A stretch of DNA of 64,000 nucleotides from Mycoplasmatales bacterium (GCA_965214965.1 OZ244030.1:266239-330238); one strand, 5' to 3'. Shown: positions 9,880 through 24,099, counted from the first letter of the stretch. Program-made: numbers and translations. The notes: a model not told the origin generated them from the sequence alone.

Positions 9880-11976
9880 ATGTTAGTATATTACAAAGAT
9901 TTAACCAATGTTGTAAAAAGATATCTTAATGAATCTGAGTTACAACAATTAGATAAAGCCTATTTATTTGCAAAGAAAGCACATGAAGATCAAAAAAGAT
10001 CTTCCGGTGAACCTTTTATACACCATCCATTAGCAGTTACTTTAAACTTAGCTATATTAAAAGCATCTTTACCAACACTAGTTGCTGGTCTTTTGCATGA
10101 CGTTGTTGAAGATTCTGATGTAACACTTGAAGACATTAAAACTAAGTTTGGAGAAGACATTGCATTTTTAGTTGATGGAGTTACAAAGATTAACTCTTTT
10201 ACCAACACATCAAAAACTAATGCGGCATTTTCAAGCATCAAAAAAGTTCTTCTTTCTGGTGTCTCAGATGTACGAGTTTTAATTATTAAGCTATGCGATA
10301 GAATGCATAACATTTCAACACTACAAGCACTTTCAAAAGAAAAAAGAAAAAGAATAGCTAAAGAGACTTTAGAAATTTATAGGCCGCTAGCTCTAAAACT
10401 ATCACTTTTTGATATAAACAAGGTTTTTGAAGATGAAGCCTTCAAATGAGCATATCCTGAAGAAAACAATATGATCAATAATAAAATTGCTTCTACAAAA
10501 AAACAAGCAAATAAACTTCACGGAAAAATATTATCATCAATATCAGAGGAGCTAGCAGTTAATGATATTCATAATGCCAAAGTTTTATCTCGTGAAAAGA
10601 CTAATTTTGCAATATACAACAAAATATATAAAAAAGGTAAACGTTGAGAGAAACTTTACGACATACTTGCAGTAAGAGTTGTAGTAAAAGATATGAGTCA
10701 ATGCTTTGCTGTTTTAGGTGTATTACACAAAGCATTCAAACATATACCAGGAACTTTTAAAGACTACATTACCATTCCAAAAACAAATGGCTATCAATCA
10801 TTACATACGTGCATTTCTTATGATGGATTTGTTTTTGAAGCACAAATTAGGACTGATGCCATGGATAGAAAAGCTAACATTGGTATTGCCTCTACTTGAA
10901 CATATAAAGATAATGAAAAAGAAGAAATGTCAAAAACTGTGCAAGAAGAACATAGCTGATTAATTGATGCAAAAAATATTTCAGAATCTCAAATTGAAGA
11001 TGGCGACTTCGTAGAAAACTTTTATTCAAAACTTACATCAAGTAATATTTATACACTAACACCTGATAATGAAATTATTATAATGCCTCGTGGATCTACT
11101 GTACTAGATTTTGCTTATCGTATTCATACTTGGTTGGGCGATCATTTTACTCATGCTGAAGTCAATAACCAAAAAGTTAAATTTGACCACGTGTTATCTA
11201 ATGGCTCTGTAATTAAAATATTTACATCAGATTCACCTCAAGTAATAGAGAGATGGTTGATTTCTGTAAAAACAAAAACCGCACAAGACAAAATTAAGTC
11301 CTCACTTAAAAGGCTTTCTGGAGAAATAAAGATTGATTTTGAAAAAATTGGTAAGAAAATTGTTTCTAAATTCCTCACAGAAAAACAATTTAAAAAAATT
11401 AATATTAAAAATGTCAACTCTATATTTGGTTATAAAATGATCACGCATAATGATTTATTAGAAGCTGTTGGTAGAAAAATGATTTCTATAAATGATTTAG
11501 CTAAAATTTATTTAAATCATCCTGTTTTAAAAGACAAAAACAATCTATCATCATTATTGATAATAGATGATAAAATTTTTGATGGAAAACTTAAGCGTGG
11601 TGGGTGTTGCGGACCTATCCCAGGAGAACCAATTAAAACTACAAACAAGAATAATACACTTATTATCCATAGGCAATCATGTGAAGAAGCAAAAAATCTT
11701 TCTAATATTAATGCTAGTTGAAAACCAGATCAATTTATTGACAAACTATTTGAAGTCAAACTACATATTAATTTCGACAAATCTAAATTAGGTATAAACC
11801 GAATTATTAACAGAATTATTAGGAATAGAGTTGATATCATACAAATTAAGAAGTATGCTAAAAACAATTTTATGGATATTGTAATTGCAGTTCCACACAT
11901 TAGAGTTTTAGGAGTTATAAAATCATCAATTGATTCACTGCCATATGTTCAAAATGTAATTAGACAGAAAAAATAA
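9880..11976 (+). CDS. relA: bifunctional (p)ppGpp synthetase/hydrolase RelA/SpoT homologue
   Basis: HD hydrolase motifs HHPLAV and LLHDVVED. Synthetase domain YQSLHT. TGS and ACT-like C-terminal regions. Track ORFs 9880-10449, 10693-10899 and 11083-11721 are in one frame joined via TGA (checked). Confidence 0.9.
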
Positions 11977-12046
11977 TCTAATATCTATTATGTTATAATA
12001 TAAAAGCAAAAATAAAGGAAAAATATATTTTCCAGGGATTATAATT

Positions 12047-12244
12047 ATGCAAAGAATAGAAGAAATAATTAAAAAAATCAATAAATTTAGTAAAATAGCT
12101 AAAGAAAGAGAATTAACAATAAAAGAAAAAACTCAAAGAGAAGCTTTAAGAAATGAATACAGATCTATTTTTAAAGCAGGTTTTGAACAAAGGCTTCAAA
12201 ATATTAAGTTTTTTGATGAAGAAAAGGATAATCAAAATGATTAA
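12047..12244 (+). CDS. UPF0291/DUF896 (YnzC-like) small protein
   Basis: 65 aa with ELTIKEKTQREALRNEYRSIFKAGF, typical of DUF896. Extended -10 TGTTATAAT at 11991-11999. Confidence 0.7.
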   Translation: MQRIEEIIKKINKFSKIAKERELTIKEKTQREALRNEYRSIFKAGFEQRLQNIKFFDEEKDNQND

Positions 12245-13460
12245 TAAACCAAAAGGAACACAAGATATTTATTCAAAAGCATGACTATACCGTTTTATTG
12301 AAAATAACTTTGTCTATACAGCAAGCAATTTTGGTTATAATGAAATTATGACTCCTATTTTTGAAGAAGCTAAACTTTTTAAATTATCAATTGGTTCAGA
12401 TACAGATATAGTTAAAAAAGAACTATATCAATTCGAAGATAAAGCCAACAGAGAATTGGCATTAAGGCCTGAAGGAACAGCTCCAATAGTTAGAGCTTTT
12501 GTAGAAAATAAAATGTATGTAGAGAATAGTTCTGCTAAATTTTTTTACATTGGTAGTATGTTTAGATATGAAAGGCCTCAAAGAGGTAGAAAAAGAGAAT
12601 TCAGGCAATTAGGTATTGAGCAAATTGGAATTGTAAACGAATTCACAGTTGTAGAATCTATATTACTAGCTAAACAATTCTTGAGTTCCATCGGAATTAA
12701 TAATTACAAAATTACAATTAATAATCTTGGTCTAAAAAAAGATAGAGAAAAATACAAAGAAGAACTTAAAAATTATTTCAAAACAAAATTAGAAAATTTA
12801 TGCTCAGATTGCCAAGTAAGATTTAAATCAAACCCATTAAGATTACTAGACTGCAAAATTGATAAGACAACAAAAAACGTACCAAATATTTCATCTTTTA
12901 TTTCCAATGAATCTAAAAAAGAATATGAAGAAATTAAAAAACTACTAAATAATGCAAATATTAAATTTGTAGAAGATCAAAACCTAGTAAGAGGACTAGA
13001 TTATTATTCAAACACTGTATATGAATTTGTGCCTTTACAAGAAGAAGGATCACAGTCTACGATTTTAGCAGGAGGACAATATTTTGATTTGGTCTCCAAC
13101 ATGGGTGGGCCAAATATTAAAGGTGTAGGTTTTGCATCAGGCATTGAAAGACTTATAAACATTATAGAACCTCGAGTGCAAAAACCAAACATTCCAAACA
13201 GCGTATTTGTAATTTCAGAAAAAGATAATGCTACTACAGCTTTTAAAATTATAAATAAATTAAGATCTGCTGATATATTTTCTGAATTTGATCCTAACTT
13301 TAGTAGCATAAAGAAACAATTTAAAAAAGTATCTAAATTAAGATTTAAATGAGCAATCATTTGTGAAAATGAAACACTGACTTTAAAAAATCAAAAAACT
13401 TCTGAAAACTACACAGGAACCATTGAAGATATAATTAAATATATAGAGGAGAAAGAATAA
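12237..13460 (+). CDS. hisS: histidine--tRNA ligase
   Basis: Class II motifs RPEGTAPIVR and FRYERPQRGRKREFRQ. ATG 12237 overlaps the upstream gene. Extends through TGA to TAA 13458-13460. Confidence 0.93.
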
Positions 13461-15184
13461 TGTCATTTAGAACACATAGCTGCGGGCAACTAAGAATTGA
13501 TAATGTTGGTAATAACGTTATTCTTTCTGGGTGAGTACAAAAAACTAGAAGAATGGGTCAGATTGTCTTTGTTGATTTAAGAGATAAAAAAGGTATAACA
13601 CAAATTGTATTTGCAGCAGATTCTCCTTTTGCAGAGCAAGCTAATGCATTGAGATCAGAATATGTAATTAAAGTTACCGGAAAAGTTATTGAAAGAAAAT
13701 CAAAAAATCCCAATATACCCACAGGTGACATCGAAATTATTGCAAATAAATTAGAAGTTTTATCCGAGGCTAATACAACACCTTTAATAATAGCTGATGA
13801 AACCGATGCCCTTGAAGAAGTTAGAATGAAATACAGATATCTTGATTTAAGAAGAAACCCTGTAAGAGAAAATATTGAACTTAGACATCATGTGGTTTCT
13901 TCTATTAGAGATTTTTTCAATAAAAACGAATTCATTGATGTGGAAACTCCAATGTTAACTAGAGCAACTCCAGAAGGAGCTAGAAACTACATTGTTCCAT
14001 CAAGGATAAATCAAGGCAAGTTTTATGCACTTCCACAATCACCACAACTATTTAAACAACTTTTGATGATAGGTGGATTCGAAAGATATTATCAAATTAC
14101 TAAATGCTTTAGAGACGAAGACTTAAGATCTGACCGCCAACCTGAGTTCACTCAGCTTGATGTTGAAGCTTCATTCCTAACAAAAGAAGAGTTTCAGACA
14201 TTAATTGAAAAAATGTTACAAAAACTTATGAAAGAAGTTAAAGGGATTAAAATAAAAATTCCAATAGATAGAATCAGTTATCAAGATGCAATGTCGCTTT
14301 ATGGAAGTGATAAACCTGATACAAGGTTTGATTTAAAACTTTCTGAAACAAAAGATTATTTTGCTAAATCTGAATTTTCTATATTTAAAAACGCAGATTC
14401 TGTTCAAATGATAGTTTTTGATAAAGTCATTACCAAAAAAGAAATATCTGAATTAGAGTATTTTGCAAAAGAACATAGGGCAAAAGGGCTAGGTTGAGTA
14501 ATTTACAAAAACAATGAACTTACTTCGCCTATTGTAAAATTTGCTGAAATAGAAATTAAGCAAATTATTTCAGATAAAAAAATTAAAAATGATTCAACTA
14601 TTTTATTTGTGGCTGACGAAAAAGAAATTGCCCAAACAGCATTAGGAGCAGTCAGAACTGCTATAGGTAAAAAATTTGAGCTATATTCAAGAGATCAATA
14701 TAAATTTGCTTGAATAGATAATTGACCCTTATTTGAAAAAACTGACGAAGGAGGTTGGACATCATCTCATCATCCGTTTACATCTCCTGTAGAAAAACAC
14801 AAAACAACTTTTGATACTGATCCTCAAGGCGCAATTGCTCAAGCTTATGATATAGTATTGAATGGTTATGAAATTGGAGGAGGTTCTGTTAGAATATTTT
14901 CTCAAGATATTCAAACAAGAATCTTTAAAATATTAGGAATGAGCGAAGAAGAAATAAAAAAACAATTTGGTTTCTTTATATCAGCATTCCAATATGGAAC
15001 ACCACCACATTGTGGAATAGCGTTTGGAATAGATAGAATTGCAATGTTGCTTTCAAAAGATGCATCCAGCATAAAAGATGTAATTGCATTCCCCAAAAAT
15101 TCTTCGGGAATATGTACTATGACAGAGTCTCCTGGGGAAATCACTGAAGAAGAATTAAATGAACTTGGAATAAAGCGAAGGTAA
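13460..15184 (+). CDS. aspS: aspartate--tRNA ligase
   Basis: [18 protein letters not shown] and GGGSVRI motifs. TAATG overlap with hisS. All TGA junctions checked. Confidence 0.95.
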
Positions 15185-15189
15185 GAAAA

Positions 15190-17169
15190 ATGTTAAATAA
15201 ATCAAGAAAAAAAGAACTAGAAATTATTCAATCCAACTCAGTTAGATTTTTAGCTGTTGATGCTATTAATTTAGCAAACTCAGGTCACCCAGGTATTTGT
15301 TTAGGGGCAGCACCTATGATAACAGAACTTTTTACAAACCATTTAAATGCTTCGTCTGAAAATTCATCTTGAATTAACAGAGACCGTTTTGTGATGTCAG
15401 CTGGGCATGGTTCTGCACTGCTATATTCAATACTGCATCACATGGGTTATAATGTTTCGCTAAATGATATAAAATCATTTAGACAACTTAATTCAAAAAC
15501 TCCAGGGCATCCTGAATTTGGTCATACTGATGGAATTGACGCAACTACTGGACCTTTAGGTCAAGGGATTGCACAAGCTGTCGGCATGGCTATTGCAGAA
15601 GAATATTTGGCTAAAAACTTCAACACTAATGAACACAAAGTATTTAATCACTACACATATGCATTGACATGTGATGGAGATCTTCAAGAAGGTATCTCAT
15701 ACGAAGCAATGTCATTAGCAGGACATCTAGTGTTATCAAAATTAATATTACTTTATGATTCAAATGATTATCAATTAGACGGAGCAGTAGATGATGCATA
15801 CAGTGATGATCTAAAATCAAGATGCATGTCAATGAATTGAAACTACATATTGGTAAGAGCCGGAGAAAACAGAAGTGCTATTGCCAGGGCAATTAAAAAA
15901 GCTAAAAAATCTGACTTACCAACTATGATTGAAATTAAAACGATATTAGGCCATGGAACATCTATGGCAAACACTTCAGATACTCATGGGGCTCCAATTG
16001 GAGAACAAGAAAGAGATGCAGCAGCTAATTTTTTTGAATATGAAGAGGCTCCGTTTGTAATGGGTGCCGAAGTTAAAGCAACTTTTGCAAATATTATTGA
16101 TTATAAAAAAATTAAATTAGAAGAATGAAACCAAATAATGCGTTCATATCAAAATGAATATCCAAATAAATATAGAGAGTTAAAAAAATTAATTGATAAT
16201 AAAATAGAAATTGATCTAACCAAAGTCATCAAAACAAAATTTGGAGAAATTAAAGCCACAAGAAATCATTCACCAGAAATTATCAAGGAAATTTCTAAAA
16301 GACATAAAGCTTTCATTGGCGGATCTGCAGATCTTAAAAAATCTACAAAAGTATTTGGCATAGGTGAATATTTGGCCAATAGAGGATCCAACATTAATTT
16401 CGGTGTTAGAGAATTTGCTATGGCAGCAATCAGTAACGGTATTGCTCTTCACGGTATTGCCAGGCCGTTTATTTCTACGTTCCTTATATTCTCAGATTAC
16501 GCAAAGCCTGCAATTAGATTAAGTGCAATGCAAAATCTTCCTATAATATACATATTTACTCATGATTCTATAATGGTAGGAGAAGACGGCCCAACACACC
16601 AACCAATTGAACAACTATCATCATTAAGAACCATTCCTAACCACAATGTTATTAGGCCAGCAGATCACATAGAAACAATTCTTGCATATAATGAAGCAAT
16701 AAATTCCAAAACAACACCTACTTCAATTGTTCTTACAAGACAAAATCTAGAAAATGTTTCTGAAGTAACTGCAACTAAATTCAAAAAAGGTGCTTACATA
16801 ATAAAAGATAGCATTAACAAAACTCCTAAATTAACCGTTGTTGCAACAGGTTCAGAAGTTACGCTTGTATTAGACGCTTTAAAAGAGATGAATTCAAAAG
16901 ACACTAATAATATCAGGGTAGTTTCTATGCCTTCAACGTTTATGTTTGATAAACAATCTGATAAAGTAAAAACATCAATTATTCCCGATAAATCAAAAAC
17001 ATTATTCGTTGAAATGTCAGATGGATCATTTGGTTATAAATATGCTAGATATGTTTACTCGCTGTTTAACAAATTTGGGACATCAGCACCAGGTGATCAA
17101 GCAAAAACTGAGTTAAAATTCTCTAAAAATGATATTATTAAAGAGATTAAAAAATTAATTAAAGGATAA
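15190..17169 (+). CDS. tkt: transketolase (copy 1)
   Basis: SGHPG, GHPE, TGPLGQG, DGDLQEG and [10 protein letters not shown] motifs. Four track ORFs in one frame. TGA at 15370 falls on the conserved Trp of W-x-x-RDRFV. Confidence 0.93.
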
Positions 17170-17177
17170 AATAAATC

Positions 17178-17390
17178 ATGAACTTTATTACAACGTTATT
17201 TATTGTATTAATTTCAGGGGTAATTGGCTTCTTTATTGGAGCTCAATATAGCAAAAAACAAACTGAAAAATATTTAAAAGAAAACCCACCAATTTCAGAA
17301 AAACAAATTAGAGCAATGTACCTTTCAATGGGTAGAAAACCATCAGAAGCTCAAATACAAGCAACTCTAAGAAATATGGGATTAAAATAA
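17178..17390 (+). CDS. UPF0154 (YneF-like) small membrane protein
   Basis: N-terminal TM helix, then KYLKENPPISEKQIRAMYLSMGRKPSEAQI, characteristic of UPF0154. Confidence 0.8.
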   Translation: MNFITTLFIVLISGVIGFFIGAQYSKKQTEKYLKENPPISEKQIRAMYLSMGRKPSEAQIQATLRNMGLK

Positions 17391-17419
17391 AAAAAATAGG
17401 AATATTCCTATTTTTTTTA
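17391..17419. terminator. bidirectional terminator between the convergent yneF-like gene and plsY
   Basis: Palindrome AAAAAATAGGAATATTCCTATTTTTT, which overlaps the plsY stop codon. Confidence 0.6.
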
Positions 17420-18025
17420 TTTTCCACTTGAGTTTTCAGTGCCTGACATTCATCTCTGGAAATTTCCAATATGTTTTATCATAACGATTATATATAAGAA
17501 TATAGTGTAATATAATGCAGAACCTTTAGCAAAGCTAAATATAATACTTGAATTTGAAAATGCCGAACCTATTAAAATAGATGTAGTTACAATCAATGTC
17601 GCTAAAATCATTAATTTTAACTTCTTGTTAATATAAATCATTAACATACACAACCAAAAAGGTATTCAAAAATTTTGTGTACAAAATGCAAAGCCGATAA
17701 AAGATGCCACACCTTTCCCGCCTTTAAGTTTGTTTCACCAAGGAAAAATGTGGCCAATCACAGCAAATACTCCTGCCAACATAGTCGTTTGCACATCTAG
17801 TTTTAACAATTTGTTGCAGAGCAAAAAAACTATAACTGTTTTAACAGCATCAAGAACAGCTGGTACAATAGCTATTTTTCACCCAACTGCTCTTGAAAGG
17901 TTAGTTGCCCCTAAGTTTCCTGAACCAATTGAAGATAGGTCTACTTTAAAAATCTTTGCTGTTAATACACAAAATGATATTGAACCTACAAAATACCCGA
18001 TTAAAATTCCTGTTATTGTTGTCAT
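17417..18025 (-). CDS. plsY: glycerol-3-phosphate acyltransferase PlsY
   Basis: MTTITGILIGYFVGSISF..., GSGNLGATN motif and C-terminal HIGNFQRW. Merged across several TGA codons. The + strand track ORF 17730-18047 is its antisense. Confidence 0.88.
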
Positions 18026-18100
18026 ATATTCTCCTAAGCACCCATAATCATAACATAATAACTCATAGTTTTTGATATAATTTTATTAAGGTAAATATAT

Positions 18101-20005
18101 ATGTCACAATATAGCGCAAGTTCAATTAAGATTATCAAAGGTTTAGACGCCGTTAGAAAAAGACCAGCAATGTATATTGGTTCAACTGATAGCAAAGGAT
18201 TGCATCATCTTGTCTGAGAGATTGTCGATAACTGTATCGATGAATCACTTTCAGGTTTTTGTGATAAAATTACAGTAATTATTAATAAGGATAACTCCAT
18301 TACAGTTAAAGATAATGGAAGGGGCATCCCTGTTGAAAAACATGAATCAGGTAGATCAACACCAGAAGTTATTTTTACTGAACTTCATGCTGGTGGAAAA
18401 TTTGATTCTTCAAATTATAAAACAGCTGGTGGCCTTCATGGAGTAGGTGCATCTGTAACAAACGCTCTTTCAAAAAGACTATATGTAGAAATTAAAAGAG
18501 ATGGAAAAAAATATGCTTTGGAATTTATAAATGGTGGAGAAGTCTCTCAGCCACTTTCAGTAATTTCTGAAGCTAAGGGCACAGGGACATCAGTTACATT
18601 CTTGCCAAGTGATGATGTTTTTTCAACAACAGAATTTTCACATGCCAAAATTGGTGAAAAATTAAAAGAAAAAGCCTACCTAATTCCAAACTTAAAAATC
18701 ACGCTCATTGATGAAGTCTCTTCAACAAAAGAAGAGTTTTCATTTAATAATGGTTTACTAGATTATTTAAATGATATTTGTTTTGCAGATAAAGAAGTTC
18801 ATAAAGGAGTGATTTATACAGAAAAAATCCCTGGAATTGAAATGACTTTTGCATTTAAATATGTAATGGCAGAAACAGAAAAAATATTATCATTTGCTAA
18901 TAATGTTAGAACATTAGATGGAGGAACACACGAAACTGGCTTAAAAATAGGTTTCACAAGAGCAATTAATGATTTTGTATCAAAACATAAATTAGCCAAA
19001 ACAAAATTTACTGGTGAAGATATAAGAGAAGGTATTGCAATTATTATATCTTTAAAAATAACAGAAGAATATTTAGAATTTGAAGGTCAAACTAAATCAA
19101 AACTAGGAAGCCCAAAAGCTAAATCAGCAGTAGAAAATTTTGTATATAAAAAATTAGATTCATTTCTAACAGAAAACAGAGCTACTGCAATTAAAATAAT
19201 TAATAAGATTATTCAGGCCAGAAAATCTAGAGACGCTGCTAAAAAAGCTCGTCAAGAAGCAAAAGTAACTAAAAAAACTCTTTCCAAAGATAGAATACTT
19301 TCAGGGAAGTTAACACCTGCACAATCCAAAGATCCTAAAAAAAGAGAATTATATATTGTTGAGGGTGATTCTGCTGGCGGATCTGCCAAACAAGGTAGAG
19401 ACAGAAAAACACAAGCCATACTACCATTAAAAGGTAAAGTTCTTAACGTTGAGAAGCTACCATTATCAAAAGTAGTTCAAAACGAAGAAATTGCCACAAT
19501 TATTTCAGTTATTGGTTCTGGTATTGGTAAAAACTTTGATATTAAAAAAATTAAATACAACAAAATAATCATTATGACTGATGCAGATAATGATGGCGCA
19601 CATATCCAAACTTTAATCCTAACATTCCTATATAGATATATGACCGAAGCAATTAGAGCAGGACATGTCTTTATTGCACAACCACCACTTTACAAACTTT
19701 CAACTTCTGGTAAATCTCAATATGCTTGAGATGAACTAGAGTTAAAAAAACTTAAAGCTAATATAAACACAAAATACAATGTACAAAGATATAAAGGTCT
19801 TGGAGAAATGAATCCGGATCAACTTTGAGAAACAACAATGAATCCTAAAAATAGAAAAATTGTTCAAGTGACAATAGAAGATTCAATCACCGCAGAAAAT
19901 AGAGTAGCAACTTTAATGGGTTCAAATATTGAGGCTAGAAGAACTTGAATCAATCAAAATATTAATTTCACTCTTGAAGATAATTTTGTGAAAGGAGGTA
20001 TATAA
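18101..20005 (+). CDS. parE: DNA topoisomerase IV subunit B (type IIA topoisomerase B subunit)
   Basis: GHKL ATPase N-terminus ([13 protein letters not shown]). TOPRIM motifs [15 protein letters not shown] and DADNDGAHI. Called ParE because it is paired with a ParC-like A subunit. Confidence 0.85.
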
Positions 20006-22497
20006 TGTTTGAAAAAGTATTAATACCACTTGAAGATGTGATAAGTGATTCTTTCGGTAAGTACTCTAAATACATTATTCAAGACCGTGCTATTCCTGAC
20101 GCAAGAGATGGTTTGAAGCCCGGACAACGTAGAATTATTTATGCAATGTTTAAAGAAGGTAACACAAATTTGAAACCATATCGTAAATCTGCAAAAACTG
20201 TGGGTAACGTAATTGGTAATTATCACCCACATGGTGATACTTCGGTTTATGATGCCATGGTTAGAATGTCGCAAAATTGAAAATTAAGATATCCACTAAT
20301 TGATATGCATGGTAACAATGGTTCAATCGATGATGACCCAGCAGCTGCAATGCGTTATACAGAATCTAGAATGTCTAAAATCGCATCAATGTTAGTTGAA
20401 AACATTAATGATGAAACGGTTCCATGATCATATAACTTTGATGATACAGAATTAGAGCCCGTAGTTTTAACATCGAAAATACCCAACTTACTTATTAACG
20501 GCGCTTCAGGTATTGCTTCTGGTTATGCAACTGAAATTCCACCACACAATTTACAAGAAGTTATAGATGGTGCAATTTACATAATCCAAAATCCAAAATG
20601 AGAATTAAATGACCTAATGAAAATCATCAAAGGGCCTGACTTTCCGACTGGAGGTATAATTTCAAGTGTTTCAGGTATTAAAGATGCCTTTGAAACAGGT
20701 AGAGGAAGAATTATGCTAAGAGCCAAAACTTCTCAGTCAGATAAAGAAATTTCAATTACTGAAATTCCTTTTGGCGTACATAAGTCAGCTTTGGTAAGAG
20801 AAATCGAAACTGCAATCGTCAACTCATCAATTATTGGTGTTTCACATGTCAGAGATGAATCAGATAGAACAGGTCTAAAAATTTCAATAGGCCTAGATGG
20901 TAAGGTAGCTGCTGAAACAATTTTAAATTTTCTATTTCAAAAAACTAAATTACAAACTTGATACAACTATAATATGGTTTCAATTGTAGATAAAAAACCA
21001 ATGTTAGCAGGTGTTGGAAAACTTATTGAAAAATTTGTTAAACATCAATTAGAAGTTTTTGTTAATAAGATGAAATTTAAAAAATCAAAACTTGAAGTTA
21101 AAATTCATATATTAGAAGGTTTGGTAAAAGCCGCAGAAAATATTGATAAAATAATTATGTTGATTCGCTCTTCAAAATCTAAATCAGAATCAAAACAAGC
21201 AATTATAAAAGAATTTAATTTTACCGAGCAACAAGCAGAAGCAATTGTTAATTTAAGACTTTACAGACTTTCTGCAACAAATGTTGACGAATTTAAAAAA
21301 GAGCTAACTTGTAATAAAAAAGACTTAGCAAACATTATTGAAATAATTAACTCTGATGCCAAGATTAATCAAGAATTGATTAAAGAACTTGAAGTAATTA
21401 AAGAAGAATTTGGAGATAAAAGAAGAACCAAAATTAAAAAAAGTGTCGAAATTTCAAAAATTGAAACAAAAGATCTCATCCAAGCAGAGGATGTTTGAGT
21501 TTCTGTTTCAAAAAATGGTTACATTAAGCAATCTACTCCAAAATCTTACAAATCATCTAAAGGCGTTTCATTGAATAAACAAGATGCATTAATTGGGGAA
21601 TTCCAAGCAAGTACATTTTCCCACCTAATAACATTTTTTGATGATGGCACTTTTACATCAATTCCAATTCATGAAATTAAATCTACAAAATGGAAAGATA
21701 AAGGCCAGCACATATCATCTCTAATAACACTTCCTGCAGAAGCTTCTATTATTAAAACATTTATTTATTCAGAAGGAGATGATTTCCTTCTTGCGTTGGG
21801 TACTTCTTCTGGTATGGCAAAAAGAACTGCAATAAATGACTTCATACTTTCAAGGTGAAAAAAACCATCAGTTGGTATAAAACTAAAACCTTCTGAAACA
21901 CTAATTGGTGTTCACAAAGAAGTTAAAAGTGGTTTTGCAGGATTTATTTCAGAATCAGGGTTTATGAACAAATACCCAATTACTGAACTTTCAATTTCTG
22001 GCCCAAAAGCATCGGGAGTTAAAGGAATTAAACTCGCTAATGAAGAAGCGATTGGATTTATAGTTTGTTCTGGTGATAAACAAATTATGTTTGTTACAGA
22101 TAAAAACCAAGCAAAAAGAATTGCATTTGAAAAAATTCCAGAATCATCTAGAACTGCAAAAGGAACAAGAATCAATAAACTCATCAAGACCTCACCACAA
22201 TATATAATTTGAATGTCTTATGTTACAGCATCACAAAAAATTCAAATTACTACTGAAGAAGCAACTTTTGATTTTAATGTTTCAGAAGTTCCGCTTCTTG
22301 ATATAAATTCAGGCAATAACAAATTTATAAACAAAAAAGATATAATTTATTCAATTAATAAAAAATCAGTAAATGAAAAATCAATAACCAAAAAATCTCC
22401 TGCTGCTAAATCACCAGCAAAAATTAATCTAAAAGAAACAAAAACAAAAGAAGTATCAAACCAAATGGATCTATTTGATATATTGGATGAAATTTAA
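20005..22497 (+). CDS. parC: DNA topoisomerase IV subunit A
   Basis: [15 protein letters not shown] and HPHGD motifs. No GyrA-box seen. Six track ORFs in one frame. TAATG overlap with parE. Lys/Ser-rich C-terminal tail. Confidence 0.85.
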
Positions 22498-22498
22498 A

Positions 22499-23032
22499 AT
22501 GAAAAAAATACTAACACCAACACACTATGTAAATAGTGTTTATGATATAAACATTGATTACTTAGTTAAGCAAGGAATCAAACTTGCTATTTTTGATTTA
22601 GATAATACATTAGCATCCAACGACCAACACAAACCATCTGCAAGAGTAAAGAAGCTTCTTAAAAATTTTAGAGCAGCAGGAATTGAAGTGATGATTATTT
22701 CTAATAGTTCCTCTAAAAGAGTTGAGAAGTTTTGCCAAAAACTTGATATCTTCAGAATTAGTTTTGCTTTCAAACCCCTTGGTATATCATTTTTAAAAAC
22801 CATAAAGCATTTCGGGATTAAAAATAGAAAGTCAGTAGTTATGATTGGGGATCAAATTATGACAGATATCATTTTTGCCAACACTAATAGAATAAGATCC
22901 ATTTTGGTTAAACCAATATCAATTGCAAGCGATGCAAAAGTAACTGGTTTAAACAGAAAATTAGAGAGCAAAACTTTATCTAAAATTTATAATAATGAAG
23001 CAGTAGATAAGGTCAAAATATTGAAAGGGTAA
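22499..23032 (+). CDS. YqeG-family HAD phosphatase
   Basis: HAD motif I FDLDNTL and motif GDQIMTD. Conserved yqeG-yqeH-nadD-yqeK gene order. Confidence 0.8.
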   Translation: MKKILTPTHYVNSVYDINIDYLVKQGIKLAIFDLDNTLASNDQHKPSARVKKLLKNFRAAGIEVMIISNSSSKRVEKFCQKLDIFRISFAFKPLGISFLKTIKHFGIKNRKSVVMIGDQIMTDIIFANTNRIRSILVKPISIASDAKVTGLNRKLESKTLSKIYNNEAVDKVKILKG

Positions 23033-23037
23033 TAAAA

Positions 23038-24087
23038 ATGATTTGTTTTGGATGTGGAGTAAAATTACAAAGTTATAATGAAAATTTGTTAGGTTTTGTA
23101 CTTGAAAAAAAACTTGCAGAAAAACAACCATTATGTAAAAGGTGTTTTTCAATAAAGCATTATTCAAAATCTATAAATATTGAATCAGAATCATTTGATC
23201 CTGTATCTAAAATAAAAAATATGAATATAAAACATTCAGTTATTGCAGTTGTTTGTGATATTTATTCTATTTCATCAATTGGAAGAATTTTTAAACAATT
23301 CAATGATATTATCAAAGATAACAAGGTATGGATTATTATTAATAAAATTGACTTACTACCAAAATCAGTTAATCACAGAAAAATTAGAGATTCACTTGTA
23401 AATAATTTAAAAGTTAAATATAAATTTGATGATATTATATTTCTTTCATCATATAAAAAGATAAATATTGATCTTTTTCTAAAAAAAGCTAACAATTCTG
23501 GAAGAAATGTTTATTTAATTGGTTACACAAACTCAGGTAAGTCATCAATTGCAAATGCTATTTTAAAATCATCTGGTGCAGATGACTCAGAATTAATTGT
23601 GAAATCTCATATTCCCAATACAACAATATCAAAAATAGAGATACCAATTTCAAAATCACACAAACTTCTAGACCTTCCAGGACTCAAGTCAACAATTAAA
23701 ATTAAAATGGATGATAAAAACATTAAAATAATCAATGTACTTGATGAACAAAAAGCTGTTACATATCAGTTAGAGTCAGGGCAAAAAGTTTATTTAGATA
23801 ATATTGCATGCATTGATTTTGTAGAAGGAGAAAAAACTAACTTCACTTTCTATGTAAATAATGATATTAAATTACATAGAGCTAAATCATCTAATAATAG
23901 TCCTAAAATCAACGGTAATATAAAATTAATCACTGATAAAAAAGAAGTATCAGAAATGAATTTTAAAGACAAAAAGTATGTTGATATAGAGATACCATAC
24001 ACTGGATTTATTAGATTTAAATCTAATAATCAAAAACTTAAAATCACGTCTATATTTACTCCAAGTGTAAGAAATTCAATTTTGTAA
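23038..24087 (+). CDS. yqeH: ribosome biogenesis GTPase YqeH
   Basis: N-terminal zinc finger CFGCG...CKRC. Circularly permuted G-domain NKIDLLP ... GYTNSGKSS. Confidence 0.8.
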   Translation: MICFGCGVKLQSYNENLLGFVLEKKLAEKQPLCKRCFSIKHYSKSINIESESFDPVSKIKNMNIKHSVIAVVCDIYSISSIGRIFKQFNDIIKDNKVWIIINKIDLLPKSVNHRKIRDSLVNNLKVKYKFDDIIFLSSYKKINIDLFLKKANNSGRNVYLIGYTNSGKSSIANAILKSSGADDSELIVKSHIPNTTISKIEIPISKSHKLLDLPGLKSTIKIKMDDKNIKIINVLDEQKAVTYQLESGQKVYLDNIACIDFVEGEKTNFTFYVNNDIKLHRAKSSNNSPKINGNIKLITDKKEVSEMNFKDKKYVDIEIPYTGFIRFKSNNQKLKITSIFTPSVRNSIL

Positions 24088-24099
24088 GAAAGGTAAAAA

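Noticed and set aside
17730-18047. 105-aa + strand track ORF
   Set aside because: It lies exactly antisense to plsY (17417-18025), which has clear family motifs (GSGNLGATN). The ORF has no RBS. It is an antisense artefact of an AT-rich coding region.
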